A stretch of 64,000 bases of DNA from Candidatus Omnitrophota bacterium (GCA_016208765.1 JACQXK010000001.1:128218-192217); one strand, 5' to 3'; numbered from the stretch's first letter, positions 8,504-19,584 are shown. Notes: generated by a model not told the origin, from the letters alone. Program-made: numbers and translations.

Positions 8504-10153
8504 GTGCAAACTGGAATAAAAATTGATTTTAAGCAGATTTTTCTTTTAATAATTCTATCTTATATTTTCCTGATTATGGGTAACAGCATTTTGAGCCTTA
8601 CAAATCCTGATGAAGTTTTCTATTCGCAGACCGCGAGGGAGATGATCCAGAAAAAAGAGTGGATTACTCCTTATTTATTCGGCCAGCCTCAATTTGAGAA
8701 ACCGGTACTTTTTTACTGGTTGCTGCGTATTGGTTTCATGATTTTTGGAGCCCTGCCTTTTGTCGCTCGTTTTCCCGCAGCATTATTCGGGATATTCGGC
8801 GCAATTGGCGTGTATCTTCTGGTGCTTTACGGGTATGAGGATAAAAAGAAGGCATTTGCCTGCGCGGTAATTCTTATTTCTTCCGGTTTATATATTGGTC
8901 TGGCGCGGACAGTTTTTATTGACCTGGTTTTTGCGGTATTGATCCTTTTGTCTTTAGTTTCTTTTTTTGTCGGATATATCAGGCCTGTTTTTAAGGCCAG
9001 AGGGATAATTTTATTTTTCTTGTTTGCTGCCTTGGCAGTTTTGGCTAAAGGGCCGCTTGGTTTTACCATGGTGCTGATGGCTGTATTGTTATTTTTAGCG
9101 ATTAAAAAGGACATTAAATTCTTGTTTAATAAATATTTTTTATGTGGATTCTTTGTTTTTCTTTTAGTGTCAGTTCCTTGGTACTTGCTAATGATTTATA
9201 AATATGGCCATAACTTTAGCAGCGAATTTTTTTATAATGTCCATATTCGCAGATTCTTTGAGGCAGAACATCCGGCAAATGACACGTGGTATTTCTATCC
9301 TTTTTCTACGATTGCCTGCATGTTCCCGTGGAGCATTTTTGTTGTAATCTCATTTTTTTATTTTTTTAAACGGATTATCGCAGATAAACAAAACCCAATA
9401 CATCTGTTTTTGGCCTGCTGGATAGCGGCTGTTTTTGTTACTTTTCAATTTGCACATTCAAAGTTAGTAAGTTATATTTTTCCGCTTTTCCCTGCGGTGG
9501 CTGTAATATCGGGAGATTTTTTCTGTAATGTTGTCAGTTCCGGAAAAACAAAACCAATAAAGCTTATTTCATTGATTATGTGGGTTGTGCTTGCATTATT
9601 TCCTGCAGGGCTTTTGTTTGCGGCGGGTAAATATCCAGAATATATCGTTTCCAAAACGCCGTTTTATAATTTTATCATTTTGTATTCTCTCATATTAATT
9701 GTGATGCTGGTGTCAATTATAAAAAAGAAATACTGGTTAAATTTTTATTTAATAGCCATACAGGTCCCGCTTTTAATATTTTTTGTTTTTTATTTTCACA
9801 ATAATTACGAGGATTTTATTTCCAGCAAAAACCCATGCAGGTATCTACTGGATAATTATAAGGTTGAAGGGAGAATTATCTGCTCTAAGTCATTTATGCG
9901 CGGTGTGCGTTTTTATACTGACAAGGACGTAGCTATGCTTAGTATCGGAGGCAGCTCTCTTTACAGCCCTCATCCGGTGCCTATTTTAGATTCAGAAGAA
10001 CATGTAAGGCAGTTTCTTGGCACTCAAGGGGTAACTTATTGTGTTTTAAGCAAATCATCAGTTGAGGATTTAAAGCGTATTGCAATTCAATATAGCGTTT
10101 CGGTGTTAAAGATCTTTGGCAATGAATATGTCGTGCAAGTTGTAAAGAAATAA
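8504..10153 (+). CDS. GT39/GT83 (ArnT/PMT-like) membrane glycosyltransferase
   Basis: N-terminal motif PDEVFYSQTAREM, matching the DE/aromatic/arginine motif of ArnT/PMT. About 13 TM segments. GTG start with a GGAGG RBS. Confidence 0.8.
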   Translation: MQTGIKIDFKQIFLLIILSYIFLIMGNSILSLTNPDEVFYSQTAREMIQKKEWITPYLFGQPQFEKPVLFYWLLRIGFMIFGALPFVARFPAALFGIFGAIGVYLLVLYGYEDKKKAFACAVILISSGLYIGLARTVFIDLVFAVLILLSLVSFFVGYIRPVFKARGIILFFLFAALAVLAKGPLGFTMVLMAVLLFLAIKKDIKFLFNKYFLCGFFVFLLVSVPWYLLMIYKYGHNFSSEFFYNVHIRRFFEAEHPANDTWYFYPFSTIACMFPWSIFVVISFFYFFKRIIADKQNPIHLFLACWIAAVFVTFQFAHSKLVSYIFPLFPAVAVISGDFFCNVVSSGKTKPIKLISLIMWVVLALFPAGLLFAAGKYPEYIVSKTPFYNFIILYSLILIVMLVSIIKKKYWLNFYLIAIQVPLLIFFVFYFHNNYEDFISSKNPCRYLLDNYKVEGRIICSKSFMRGVRFYTDKDVAMLSIGGSSLYSPHPVPILDSEEHVRQFLGTQGVTYCVLSKSSVEDLKRIAIQYSVSVLKIFGNEYVVQVVKK

Positions 10154-10195
10154 GAGTTTTCTCTTGATTTTTCCGCCTAAAATGGTAGAAATAAT

Positions 10196-11542
10196 ATGCA
10201 TATGAAGAAAACTGTTTTATTATTTCTGCTATTTAGTGTATTATTCCCGCCTTTTCTTTTCTGTAATGAACCCAGTAATGAAGAATTTTCTCTGAGCCTC
10301 CAGGATGCCATTGGCATTGCCTTTAAGAACAATAAAGATATCCAGATCAGTGAACAGGATATTTCTTTTGCCAAGGCCGGGATCATGTCTGCCCGTAGCC
10401 AATTCCTTCCAAACGTAGACGCTAACTATAGTTATACCCATAATGAAGCGGTAAGCCCGATCACTGTGCAAGGTACAAAGAAAGATATCGGCCTTTTTAC
10501 CGGGTATAAGAATGATAATCTTGTAGGAATAGGCGTAACCCAGACTGTTTATGATGGTGGGGCGAATATTGCAAGCTTCCGGCAGGCGCAATTAAACCTG
10601 AAAGTAAGCTCTGAAACTTTGCGCACCAAGAAGCTGGATGTTGAATTTGAAACAAAACGGCTTTATTACGGGCTGATGCTTGCTTATGAAACAGAGCGTA
10701 TTGCGCAGGATCTGGTAGGCCAGGCCAAATCGCATTATGAAGACGTGAATGCAAAGTTTGGACAGGGGACGTCTTCTAAATTTGATGTTTTGCAATCAAG
10801 TGTTCAGGTTTCAAAATTAATGCCTCAGTTTATCAGTTCGGTTAATGATATCAGGCTGGTTATGGCAGATTTAAACAAGGCGCTGGGTATAAAAATTCAA
10901 ACCGAGACAAAAGCAAGGGATAAATTTACTTATAGCCTTATTGAAATAAAAGAAGATGAGTTTTTGCGCCAGGCATATTTGACTGCCCCCGAGATGACGG
11001 TTAAGTCTTTGGGTATTGATATTAATAAATGGGCGATTAACATTGCAAAGGCAGGATACCGTCCGCAGCTAACTGCCGATTTAAATTATTTTTATCGCTC
11101 CAACAACTGGAATACTATGTTTAACACCAAACATAATAACTGGAATGCTGGTATTGCGTTAAGTGTGCCGATTTTTGACGGTTTTTCTTCCAAGGCAAAA
11201 GTGGATGAGGCAAAGGCGCGTTATACACAGTCAAATCTTGATAAGGCAAACCTTATTGATCAGATCGCCGTTAATATCCGCCAGGCATGCCTTGATCTAA
11301 AAGAGGCCCAGACAATTATTGATTCACAAAAAGATAATGTGGAAGAAGCAAGGGAGGCCTTAAGGATCGCTAATGTTGGTTATGATAACGGAGTTAACAC
11401 AAACCTGGATGTTTTAGATGCGCAGGTTTCTCTGGCGCAGGTGGAGCAAAATTTGGCGCAGGGGATCTATGACTATCTTTTGGCCAAGGCATTTCTTGAA
11501 CGTACAATAGGGATTAGTTATATTGAGGAGGCAAAAAAATGA
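10196..11542 (+). CDS. TolC-family outer membrane efflux protein
   Basis: Signal peptide and two OEP repeats (LSLQDAIGIAFKNN..., LDVLDAQVSLAQVEQNL). Confidence 0.8.
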   Translation: MHMKKTVLLFLLFSVLFPPFLFCNEPSNEEFSLSLQDAIGIAFKNNKDIQISEQDISFAKAGIMSARSQFLPNVDANYSYTHNEAVSPITVQGTKKDIGLFTGYKNDNLVGIGVTQTVYDGGANIASFRQAQLNLKVSSETLRTKKLDVEFETKRLYYGLMLAYETERIAQDLVGQAKSHYEDVNAKFGQGTSSKFDVLQSSVQVSKLMPQFISSVNDIRLVMADLNKALGIKIQTETKARDKFTYSLIEIKEDEFLRQAYLTAPEMTVKSLGIDINKWAINIAKAGYRPQLTADLNYFYRSNNWNTMFNTKHNNWNAGIALSVPIFDGFSSKAKVDEAKARYTQSNLDKANLIDQIAVNIRQACLDLKEAQTIIDSQKDNVEEAREALRIANVGYDNGVNTNLDVLDAQVSLAQVEQNLAQGIYDYLLAKAFLERTIGISYIEEAKK

Positions 11543-12378
11543 AGAAAAGAGGTAAGTTGATAATCCTGGCACTGATAATTATTGCGGCAGGTGCTGCGGG
11601 ATTTCTCTTTGCACGTTATGAGAAAGAAATAAACGCTAAAAAAATAGTTAAGGTTTCAGGAAACATTGAAGGGGATGATGTAAGGATTTCCTTCCGTTAT
11701 GAGGGCCAGATTCTGGAATTATTGACCGACGAAGGAGAAGTAATCAAAAAAGGCGATATTGTGGCGCGCCTTAATACCGACGAATTAACCAAAATAAGGG
11801 ATAATGCCTTAGGTGAATTAAAGGCTGCGCAATATAATCATGAGCTTGCCAGGATAGATTATGAACGCGCGGAAAATCTTTTAAAGGCAGGGGCCATTTC
11901 CGTGCAAAAAAGAGATGATGCCAAAACTACCTTTGATTCTTCAAAAGCAGATGTGGATAAACTGCAGGCTTCTCTGGATCTTGCCCAAACCCGCCTGGGC
12001 TTTGCTGAGTTAGCCTCTCCGTTAAACGGCTATGTTTTAGTAAAGAGCTCGCTGCCCGGTGAAGTGGTGCAGGTGGGCACGCCTGTTTTTACAGCCATAG
12101 ACTTAAATAATATCTGGGTTACCGCTTATATTAATGAAACAGATTTAGGCCGTGTTAAATTAAATCAAAAAGCCGAAGTCAAGACAGATACTTATACAAA
12201 CAAGGTTTATAACGGATGGATTTCTTTTATTTCAAGCCAGGCAGAGTTTACGCCAAAGCAGATTCAGACCGATATAGAACGGGTTAAGTTGGTCTATCGC
12301 ATAAAGGTCAGGGTGGATAATTCCAGCCTTGATTTAAAACCCGGCATGCCTGCAGATGCGTATATAAGTACTGAATGA
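11539..12378 (+). CDS. HlyD-family membrane fusion (periplasmic adaptor) protein
   Basis: N-terminal TM, a biotinyl-lipoyl-like region and coiled coil. 4-nt overlap with the TolC gene. Confidence 0.8.
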   Translation: MKKRGKLIILALIIIAAGAAGFLFARYEKEINAKKIVKVSGNIEGDDVRISFRYEGQILELLTDEGEVIKKGDIVARLNTDELTKIRDNALGELKAAQYNHELARIDYERAENLLKAGAISVQKRDDAKTTFDSSKADVDKLQASLDLAQTRLGFAELASPLNGYVLVKSSLPGEVVQVGTPVFTAIDLNNIWVTAYINETDLGRVKLNQKAEVKTDTYTNKVYNGWISFISSQAEFTPKQIQTDIERVKLVYRIKVRVDNSSLDLKPGMPADAYISTE

Positions 12379-12454
12379 ATCAGCTATAAGCCATGAAACT
12401 TTAATCCGCGGCCATTCTGAATATTGTATCCGCGGCCATCCGCATTTAATTAAT

Positions 12455-13186
12455 ATGATTACCATAAAAACAGAAAAACTCAGCCGTAAATTCGGAGATC
12501 TTGTTGCTGTAGATGATCTGAACCTGGAAGTGGAAGAGGGGGAAATTTTCGGTTTGGTCGGCCCTGATGGAGCCGGAAAAACCACTACCATGCGCCTTTT
12601 AACCGGGATCCTTGAGCCTACAGACGGGCAGGCATGGGTTTATAATAAACATACTGTAAAAGAAGCTGAGCCTCTTAAAGAGAATATTGCTTATATGTCG
12701 CAGCGTTTTGGGCTTTACGAAGAATTGACCGTATTGGAGAATATAAATTTTTATGCTGATGTTTATGGGGTTGCCAAAGATAAGCGCCAGGAGTCTATTG
12801 AGCGCTTGCTTGGTTTTTCAGGGTTGTTGCCTTTTAAGGCGCGTTTTGCAGGCAAGCTTTCCGGAGGGATGAAACAGAAACTGGGCTTGGCGTGCGCCCT
12901 TATCCATACGCCGAGGGTTTTATTTCTTGATGAGCCTACAAACGGAGTTGATCCGGTTTCCCGGAGAGATTTCTGGAAAATTCTTTATGACCTGCTAAAA
13001 GAGAAAGTTACCATATTTTGCTCTACGTGTTATCTGGATGAAGCTGAACGCTGCCGCAGGGTGGGCCTGATGCATAAAGGAAAACTTTTGCGTTGTGAGT
13101 CACCTGAGAGAATTAAGAAAGAATATAACGCCAAAACTTTGGAAGAGGCTTTTATTACTATAATTAAGGAATATGAATCAAAATAG
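12455..13186 (+). CDS. ABC transporter ATP-binding protein (YbhF-like, first copy)
   Basis: Walker A GPDGAGKTT, ABC signature LSGGMKQK, Walker B LFLDEPT. Confidence 0.9.
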   Translation: MITIKTEKLSRKFGDLVAVDDLNLEVEEGEIFGLVGPDGAGKTTTMRLLTGILEPTDGQAWVYNKHTVKEAEPLKENIAYMSQRFGLYEELTVLENINFYADVYGVAKDKRQESIERLLGFSGLLPFKARFAGKLSGGMKQKLGLACALIHTPRVLFLDEPTNGVDPVSRRDFWKILYDLLKEKVTIFCSTCYLDEAERCRRVGLMHKGKLLRCESPERIKKEYNAKTLEEAFITIIKEYESK

Positions 13187-14126
13187 TATTGCTGTTAGCG
13201 TAGAGAAGCTTGAAAAGAAATTCGGCCAGTTTACCGCTGTTAACAAGATTGATTTTGAAGTTAAACAGGGGGAGATATTTGGTTTCTTAGGGCCTAATGG
13301 CGCCGGGAAATCTACGACGATCAGGATGCTTTGCGGGATTATCCCTCCTACCTCAGGGAGCGGGCAGGTCGGAGGGTATGATATTATCAAAGAGCAGTAT
13401 AAAATTAAGCAGCATATCGGTTACATGTCGCAAAAGTTCTCTCTTTATAATGATCTGACTGTTGAAGAAAATATTAATTTTTATTGCGGAATATACAAAA
13501 TACCGCCGTCGGAAAAAAAAGAACGTTTTGACGCGGCTATACACACAGCCGGATTGGAAGGGATGGAATCCCGCCTTACCGCTACGCTTGCCGGCGGTTG
13601 GAAGCAACGTTTAGCTTTAGGGTGCGCGCTTTTACATAAGCCAAATATCATATTTCTTGATGAGCCGACATCAGGAGTTGATCCGATAACCCGCGCTAAT
13701 TTCTGGTCGGTTATTAAGGAATTGGCAAGCCGCGGGGTAACCGTGTTTGTAACCACCCACTATATGGACGAGGCTGAAAATTGCAATCGCATGGTTTTAA
13801 TTTATCGCGGGACAATTATTGCTGCAGGCACGCCGGGTGAAATGAAAACGTCTATGAAAAATGAGGTGCTTGAGATCGTAGTTTTAAATTCGCAAGGCTG
13901 GCTTGAGAGGATCAGCAGGATAGAAGGTATTAAGGAAGCCGCGCTTTTTGGGGCGGCGATCCATGTAGTTGTTTATGATAGCGCCAAGGCGATTCCCGCA
14001 ATTAAGGAATTTCTTAATAAAGAAGGGGCAGGGGAATTTAATGTTAACAAGATCCTTCCTTCCCTTGAAGATGTTTTTGTTTCAGCCATAGAAAGCTATG
14101 ATCATACAGAGTCTAAGAAGAATTAA
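13173..14126 (+). CDS. ABC transporter ATP-binding protein (YbhF-like, second copy)
   Basis: Walker A GPNGAGKST, signature LAGGWKQR, Walker B IFLDEPT. Confidence 0.9.
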   Translation: MNQNSIAVSVEKLEKKFGQFTAVNKIDFEVKQGEIFGFLGPNGAGKSTTIRMLCGIIPPTSGSGQVGGYDIIKEQYKIKQHIGYMSQKFSLYNDLTVEENINFYCGIYKIPPSEKKERFDAAIHTAGLEGMESRLTATLAGGWKQRLALGCALLHKPNIIFLDEPTSGVDPITRANFWSVIKELASRGVTVFVTTHYMDEAENCNRMVLIYRGTIIAAGTPGEMKTSMKNEVLEIVVLNSQGWLERISRIEGIKEAALFGAAIHVVVYDSAKAIPAIKEFLNKEGAGEFNVNKILPSLEDVFVSAIESYDHTESKKN

Positions 14127-15240
14127 GGCAATAGCTTGGAAGGAATTTATCCAGATCAGGCGCGACCCGCGCTCGCTGGCAATGGCGCTGGGTATCCCCA
14201 TATTTTTGTTAATAATTTTTGGCTACGGCTTGTCTTTGGATATTGACCATGTGCGCACCATTGTCTGGAACCAGGACCAGTCATCAAAACTTACCAGGGA
14301 TTTTCTGCTTAATTTCAAGAATTCAAAATATTTTAAGATCGTCGGCTATACTGATAATTACCGCGAGATTGAACATAAGATTAACAGCGGCGAAGTGCTT
14401 TTGGCTTTGGTTATTCCAAAAGATTTTTCTCAATTTATTGAATCAGGAAAATCCGCTCCTTTGCAGTTAATCGCTGACGGAAGCGATGCCAACACAGCCA
14501 CTATTGCCATTGGTTATGTGCGTTCAGTGGTATCTAAATATAATGTTGAACTTGCGGTTAAAACTTTTACACAGGTCGGGTTAAATCCTCCTAAAACATT
14601 GAGTGTCAGTTCAAGGGTCTGGTACAATATGGGGCTTACCAGTACATGGTTCATTGTTCCCGGAGTTATCGCAATGATCATCATGATCATTGCGGCGTTG
14701 GTTACTTCTACTTGTATTGCAAAAGAATGGGAAAGAGGGACCATGGAACAATTGATCTCTACGCCGGTAAAAGCTCCGGAGCTTGTAATCGGCAAATTCA
14801 TTCCATATTTTGCCATCGGTTTTTTTGATCTGATGGTCGGAGTTTTAATGGGAGAGGTTCTGTTTGGCGTGCCTTTTAGGGGGAGTTACATATTGCTTAT
14901 TATTTTAAGTTCGCTTTTTTTAACCGGAGCGCTTTCACAAGGGATCTTAATTTCTGTTGTTGCCCGCACGCAATTAATGGCAAGCCAGCTTGCCAGCCTT
15001 ACCACTCTTATACCAACTTTACTTTTGTCAGGTTTTATCTATCCGATTTTTAACATGCCTAAAGTAGTGCAGGCCCTGACGTACCTTGTTCCGGCGAGAT
15101 ATTATATCATTATCTTGAGAGATTCGTTTTTAAAAGGAAATAGTATTGATGTAATGTGGGATGAAGCCTTATTTTTACTGATGTTTGCTTTTGTGATGCT
15201 TGCCATTTCAATAAGGAAATTTAAAAAGAAGGTGGCATAA
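14098..15240 (+). CDS. ABC-2 family permease (YbhS/YbhR-like)
   Basis: N-terminal RDPRSL motif typical of ABC-2 permeases and six C-terminal TM segments. Confidence 0.85.
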   Translation: MIIQSLRRIKAIAWKEFIQIRRDPRSLAMALGIPIFLLIIFGYGLSLDIDHVRTIVWNQDQSSKLTRDFLLNFKNSKYFKIVGYTDNYREIEHKINSGEVLLALVIPKDFSQFIESGKSAPLQLIADGSDANTATIAIGYVRSVVSKYNVELAVKTFTQVGLNPPKTLSVSSRVWYNMGLTSTWFIVPGVIAMIIMIIAALVTSTCIAKEWERGTMEQLISTPVKAPELVIGKFIPYFAIGFFDLMVGVLMGEVLFGVPFRGSYILLIILSSLFLTGALSQGILISVVARTQLMASQLASLTTLIPTLLLSGFIYPIFNMPKVVQALTYLVPARYYIIILRDSFLKGNSIDVMWDEALFLLMFAFVMLAISIRKFKKKVA

Positions 15241-15303
15241 AATAATTAAGGTGTCCATCCCGCTTTGCGGGATTTCGGTTGGATAAAATAATTAAGGAGT
15301 TTA

Positions 15304-16431
15304 ATGTTTGAGAGAATTAAGGCGATCCTGATCAAAGAGTTTAAGCAGATCTTCCGCGATCCGCGAATGAAGACGGTTATTTTTGTTACTCCGCTTATAC
15401 AGATAATTCTTTTCGGTTATGCCGCAAACAAAGATATCAATTATATACCTACCGCAATTTATGACCGCGATAACACCAAGGAGAGCCGTGAGCTTTTACG
15501 CAAGTTTACCTATTCTAAATATTTTGTGCCTGAGAGATATATTTATAGCGATAAAGAACAGAACCTGGTTTTAGACAAAGGGCTTTCAAGCGTGGTTATT
15601 CGCATTGACCGCGGGTTCGGCCGCAATCTTAAAGCAGGGAAGAACGCTAATATCCAGATGGCTTACGACGGCACAGATTCAAACACAGCCATGGTTATTA
15701 TGGGTTATGCCAACACAATTATCAGTAATTATCAGGATGAGCTTCTTAAAGAAAGGGCAGATGCCGTTGGTAAGATAGCAGCCATATCCAATGTCAGGCT
15801 TGAGGATCGCGCATGGTTTAATGGGAACCTTATCTCAAGGAATTATTATTTGCCCGGCGTAATTGCTACCATTGTAACGATGATGTCTCTTTTATTGACT
15901 GCTATGGCTATAGTTAAAGAGAAGGAAATCGGCACGATGGAACAATTGACTGTCAGTCCGTTAAAACCGATTGAGTTGATTGTGGGAAAACTTCTTCCTT
16001 TTGGAGCAATCGCCCTTGTCCAGATTACCCTGATTACTATATTGGGCGTTTTGTGGTTTGGCGTGCCGTTAAGAGGGAATTTACTTTTATTGCTTTTCGC
16101 CACTTGCGTATATTTGTTTACTACTTTGGGGATAGGTTTGTTTATTTCCACAATATCTTCAACCCAGCAGGAAGCAATGATGTCTGTGTTCCTGTTTTAC
16201 CAGCCGACGGTTTTACTTTCAGGTTTTGCCTATCCTATTATTAATATGCCGCAGGTTATCCAGTGGTTTACTTTTCTTAATCCGTTGCGGTATTTTATGG
16301 TAGTGATCAGGAGCATATTTTTAAAAGGCGTAGGCCTTGATATTCTTTGGGCGCAACTCCTGCCGCTTGTAGCTATCGGAGTATTCGTTGTTATTCTTAG
16401 CACCCTGAAATTTAGAAAAAGTATGGGTTAG
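15304..16431 (+). CDS. ABC-2 family permease (YbhS/YbhR-like)
   Basis: Paralogue of the upstream permease (FRDPRMK motif, TM pattern). Confidence 0.85.
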   Translation: MFERIKAILIKEFKQIFRDPRMKTVIFVTPLIQIILFGYAANKDINYIPTAIYDRDNTKESRELLRKFTYSKYFVPERYIYSDKEQNLVLDKGLSSVVIRIDRGFGRNLKAGKNANIQMAYDGTDSNTAMVIMGYANTIISNYQDELLKERADAVGKIAAISNVRLEDRAWFNGNLISRNYYLPGVIATIVTMMSLLLTAMAIVKEKEIGTMEQLTVSPLKPIELIVGKLLPFGAIALVQITLITILGVLWFGVPLRGNLLLLLFATCVYLFTTLGIGLFISTISSTQQEAMMSVFLFYQPTVLLSGFAYPIINMPQVIQWFTFLNPLRYFMVVIRSIFLKGVGLDILWAQLLPLVAIGVFVVILSTLKFRKSMG

Positions 16432-16441
16432 ATGATCTAAA

Positions 16442-17578
16442 ATGACGCAGATATTAATTTTCTTAAAACAAAAAATTGAATTTATGGTTTTGATTTTTAT
16501 TTTCCTTTCTTATCCGCTATCTGCATTTGCGAAATCTCAAGCTGTTAAGCCGGCACCTGAATATGAAAAGATCTTTTATAAAGAAAAAGGATGGATCGGT
16601 GCGGATGGGGCATATTCTGTTTCACTTGGCCCTGATACAGCGCTTTGGTTTTTCGGAGATACTTGTATCGGAGAAATCACCTCCGGAAAACGTAAAATTG
16701 ACGCGGTCATTAATAATTCAGTCGGCCTTTTGCGCGGTAAGAATCCCAAAAAGGCTTCAGTTGAATTTTTCTGGAACAAGGATAGCTATGGAAATTCAAC
16801 GTCATTTATTAAACCTGATGACGGGATAGGATGGTTTTGGCCCTTTGGCGCTGTTATAAGCGAAAATAAATTATATATTTTCCTTATGCAGGTAGATAAG
16901 AGCCAGGAGAAGGATAGCCTTGGCTTTAAGTTGATCGGCACGACTTTAGCCGAGGTTGATAACCCGTTTGATAATCCTTATGAATGGATAATTAACCAGC
17001 GTAAGATCCCTTTTGGGAAGTTTTCAAGCCAGGGAAATTTATTTTTTGGATCCTCTGTTTTAAAAGAAGAGGGTTTCGTTTATATTTACGGATGCAGCGA
17101 GGATTGGTCCAAAGGTCCCGATGGAAGAAGCATGATAATCGCGCGTGTCCCTGTCGATAAAATTACAGATTTTAATTACTGGCGGTTTTTTGCCAAAGAT
17201 GAATGGGTGGCTGATCTTAATATGGTTTCGGGGCTTTTTAACGGGATAGCTACTGAATACTCCGTGCAGTATTATCGTAAGTTAAAAGAATATGTTGTTG
17301 TTTATACCCAGGATAGCATGTCTATGAATGTGCTTGCCAGAACTTCACTTACGCCTTTTGGCCCCTGGAGCAAACCAAGGATAATTTATGAATGTCCTGA
17401 GTATGCGTGGGACAAGGGTTATTTTTGTTATGCTGCCAAGGCGCATCCAGAGCTTTCTTTAAAGAAAGAAGATTTAATTATTACTTATGTTTGTAACTCT
17501 ACTGATATGGACAAATTATCAAGTGATGTCCGCATATATTGGCCGCGTTTTATTAAGGCACGGATTGATCCTGAATAA
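16442..17578 (+). CDS. Exported hypothetical protein (possibly beta-propeller/glycoside-hydrolase-like)
   Basis: Signal peptide (LIFIFLSYPLSAFA). W/G-rich motifs GWIGADGAYS, LWFFGDT and GWFWPFG. Family not firmly recognised. Confidence 0.55.
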   Translation: MTQILIFLKQKIEFMVLIFIFLSYPLSAFAKSQAVKPAPEYEKIFYKEKGWIGADGAYSVSLGPDTALWFFGDTCIGEITSGKRKIDAVINNSVGLLRGKNPKKASVEFFWNKDSYGNSTSFIKPDDGIGWFWPFGAVISENKLYIFLMQVDKSQEKDSLGFKLIGTTLAEVDNPFDNPYEWIINQRKIPFGKFSSQGNLFFGSSVLKEEGFVYIYGCSEDWSKGPDGRSMIIARVPVDKITDFNYWRFFAKDEWVADLNMVSGLFNGIATEYSVQYYRKLKEYVVVYTQDSMSMNVLARTSLTPFGPWSKPRIIYECPEYAWDKGYFCYAAKAHPELSLKKEDLIITYVCNSTDMDKLSSDVRIYWPRFIKARIDPE

Positions 17579-17629
17579 CCTTGAAATAAAATCAGGTTAA
17601 GGTATAATGCCTCTGTTTGGAGGAATCTT

Positions 17630-18226
17630 ATGTTAAAAAGAAGAATTTTTTTTTCCTTAGTTTTGTTTTTTGCGCTTACCTTGTTTATCAAACCTGCTCA
17701 GGCAGCTAATCCAAGAATGAAAAGCCTGCAATTGCAGCAAAGAAAAACTTACCGGGATTTCTCAATAAACGAATCGGCGGCATTAAGAAAGTTTGTAACC
17801 AGTATTAAGCGCATGGCTCCTGCCGTAAGAAAAACCGCCGTTACAGAATATAAACAAATTTTAAAACAGAAAAAAGTATTATTTCTAAATTTAATCAAAC
17901 AGCAAAGAAGAATTCTTTCCGGTAAGGACAAGCGTTTAAAATGTTCGCTGGGAGAATTGAAGATGGGCGAATTAATGATGTTCTTTGAGGTTCAGCTTCA
18001 GGATATGCTGCAAAACTTTAATAATCAGGCATATTCAGCAGTTAATTTTGCAAGAAGGTTTTCAATAGACAAGGCCCTTACTATAAAGCAAAAGCAGCAG
18101 GCTGTGCAGGGGTATTTTAAGGAAGATAAAGAAGAAAATGAACTTATTAACCAGCGGCAGAAGATTGAGTTGGAAAAAGAATTAGAGAAGCTTTGCAGGG
18201 GGATATTGCGTGAGCAGAAAGGGTAA
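17630..18226 (+). CDS. Exported coiled-coil hypothetical protein
   Basis: Signal peptide ending AQAAN, then a K/Q/E-rich helical region. Confidence 0.5.
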   Translation: MLKRRIFFSLVLFFALTLFIKPAQAANPRMKSLQLQQRKTYRDFSINESAALRKFVTSIKRMAPAVRKTAVTEYKQILKQKKVLFLNLIKQQRRILSGKDKRLKCSLGELKMGELMMFFEVQLQDMLQNFNNQAYSAVNFARRFSIDKALTIKQKQQAVQGYFKEDKEENELINQRQKIELEKELEKLCRGILREQKG

Positions 18227-18228
18227 TT

Positions 18229-19584
18229 TTGGAAATGAAAGATAAGTTTAATTTAAGTTCAGAGGCTTTTGATTATCTGGGGATAGGTTTCTATAAGTAT
18301 TGTTTGGGGAAAAATGAGGGTTTTGAATTTATTAACCCGTCATTGGTAAAAATCCTCGGGTATTCTTCCCGTGCTCAGCTGATGAAAAAGAAGTTTGTGG
18401 ATTTGTTTTGCAGTGTGGATGAAAAGAATAAATTTCTGGGAGCTATCAAGAAAAGTAAGCGCGTGAAATTTTTTGAAACCAGCCTGCTAAAGAAAAACAA
18501 TAAGCCGATATGGGTGGCAATCAGCGCTTTTCAGGCTAAAAGCGGAACAAAAAACGAGTACCTTGAGGGCCTGGTGGAAGATATTTCGCTTCATAAAGAT
18601 ATGGAAGAAAATATTGCTTTAGAAAGGGATATGTTCCAGGGCGCGCTTGACAATATGCCTGATGCTATTTATTTTAAAGATAACTTGAACAGGATTGTGC
18701 GGGTAAACCAGTATTATCTTCAGGGGATGAATAAGAAACAGGAAGATGTCACCGGAAAAACTGACTTTGATTTCTTCCCAAAGCAGCAGGCGCAGCAGAT
18801 GTTTGAGGATGATAATCTTGTTTTAACCACAGGTAAACCGATTGTGGGAAAAATTGAAAGGACATTGCTTGCTAACGGTGAATGGAATCAGGTAATCACT
18901 ACCAAGATTCCTGTTTACGACCGTCAGGGAAAGATCGTCGGGACAATGGGGATTACCCGCGATATGACTGCCTATGCGAATCTTGAACACTCGCGTTTTA
19001 AGATGATGATGAATGCCTTAGTGGTTTTGGGAAGGGCGCTTGAGATGCGCGATCCTTATACTTCTATGCACACCAGGAATGTCGCTGTAATAGCCGGTGA
19101 AATTGCCAAAGTTTTAGGTTGGGATGAGAACAGGCTTTTAGGAATGAAGCTGGCTGCAGAGCTGCATGATCTGGGAAAGATCAGCATTCCTTTGGATATT
19201 TTGAATAAACCGGGTAAGTTAAGTGACTTGGAATATCAGTTGATACAGAAGCATGTTGAGAATTGCTGCAAGTTAATCGGAGATATTGATTTTCCATTTT
19301 CTTTGGGCCAGATCATTGAACAGCACCATGAGCGGCTTGATGGTTCTGGTTATCCGCACAAGATTAAAGAAGGGGATATCTGCACTGAAGCGCGGATTTT
19401 GGCAGTCAGTGATGTTTTAGAGTCAATGACCAGCCACAGGCCGTATCGGGCAGCGCTTGGGAAGAACAAGGCAATTGAAGAATTGCAAAAAGGATACGGC
19501 AATAAGTATGATGCCAGTGTAGTAGATATTGTGGTGGGGTTGTTGGACAAAAATGATGGTAAAATCTTCTGGCAGTCAAATTAG
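18229..19584 (+). CDS. PAS-domain HD-GYP phosphodiesterase (c-di-GMP signalling)
   Basis: N-terminal PAS modules. The C-terminal HD domain carries the metal-binding HD...HDLGKISIP and the diagnostic HHERLDGSGYP (HD-GYP) motif. Confidence 0.85.
   Translation: MEMKDKFNLSSEAFDYLGIGFYKYCLGKNEGFEFINPSLVKILGYSSRAQLMKKKFVDLFCSVDEKNKFLGAIKKSKRVKFFETSLLKKNNKPIWVAISAFQAKSGTKNEYLEGLVEDISLHKDMEENIALERDMFQGALDNMPDAIYFKDNLNRIVRVNQYYLQGMNKKQEDVTGKTDFDFFPKQQAQQMFEDDNLVLTTGKPIVGKIERTLLANGEWNQVITTKIPVYDRQGKIVGTMGITRDMTAYANLEHSRFKMMMNALVVLGRALEMRDPYTSMHTRNVAVIAGEIAKVLGWDENRLLGMKLAAELHDLGKISIPLDILNKPGKLSDLEYQLIQKHVENCCKLIGDIDFPFSLGQIIEQHHERLDGSGYPHKIKEGDICTEARILAVSDVLESMTSHRPYRAALGKNKAIEELQKGYGNKYDASVVDIVVGLLDKNDGKIFWQSN

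Noticed and set aside
10241-10795. Cluster of minus-strand ORFs (116, 85, 67 aa) within the TolC gene
   Set aside because: Antisense to the TolC-family gene with no homology; products of AT-rich codon bias.
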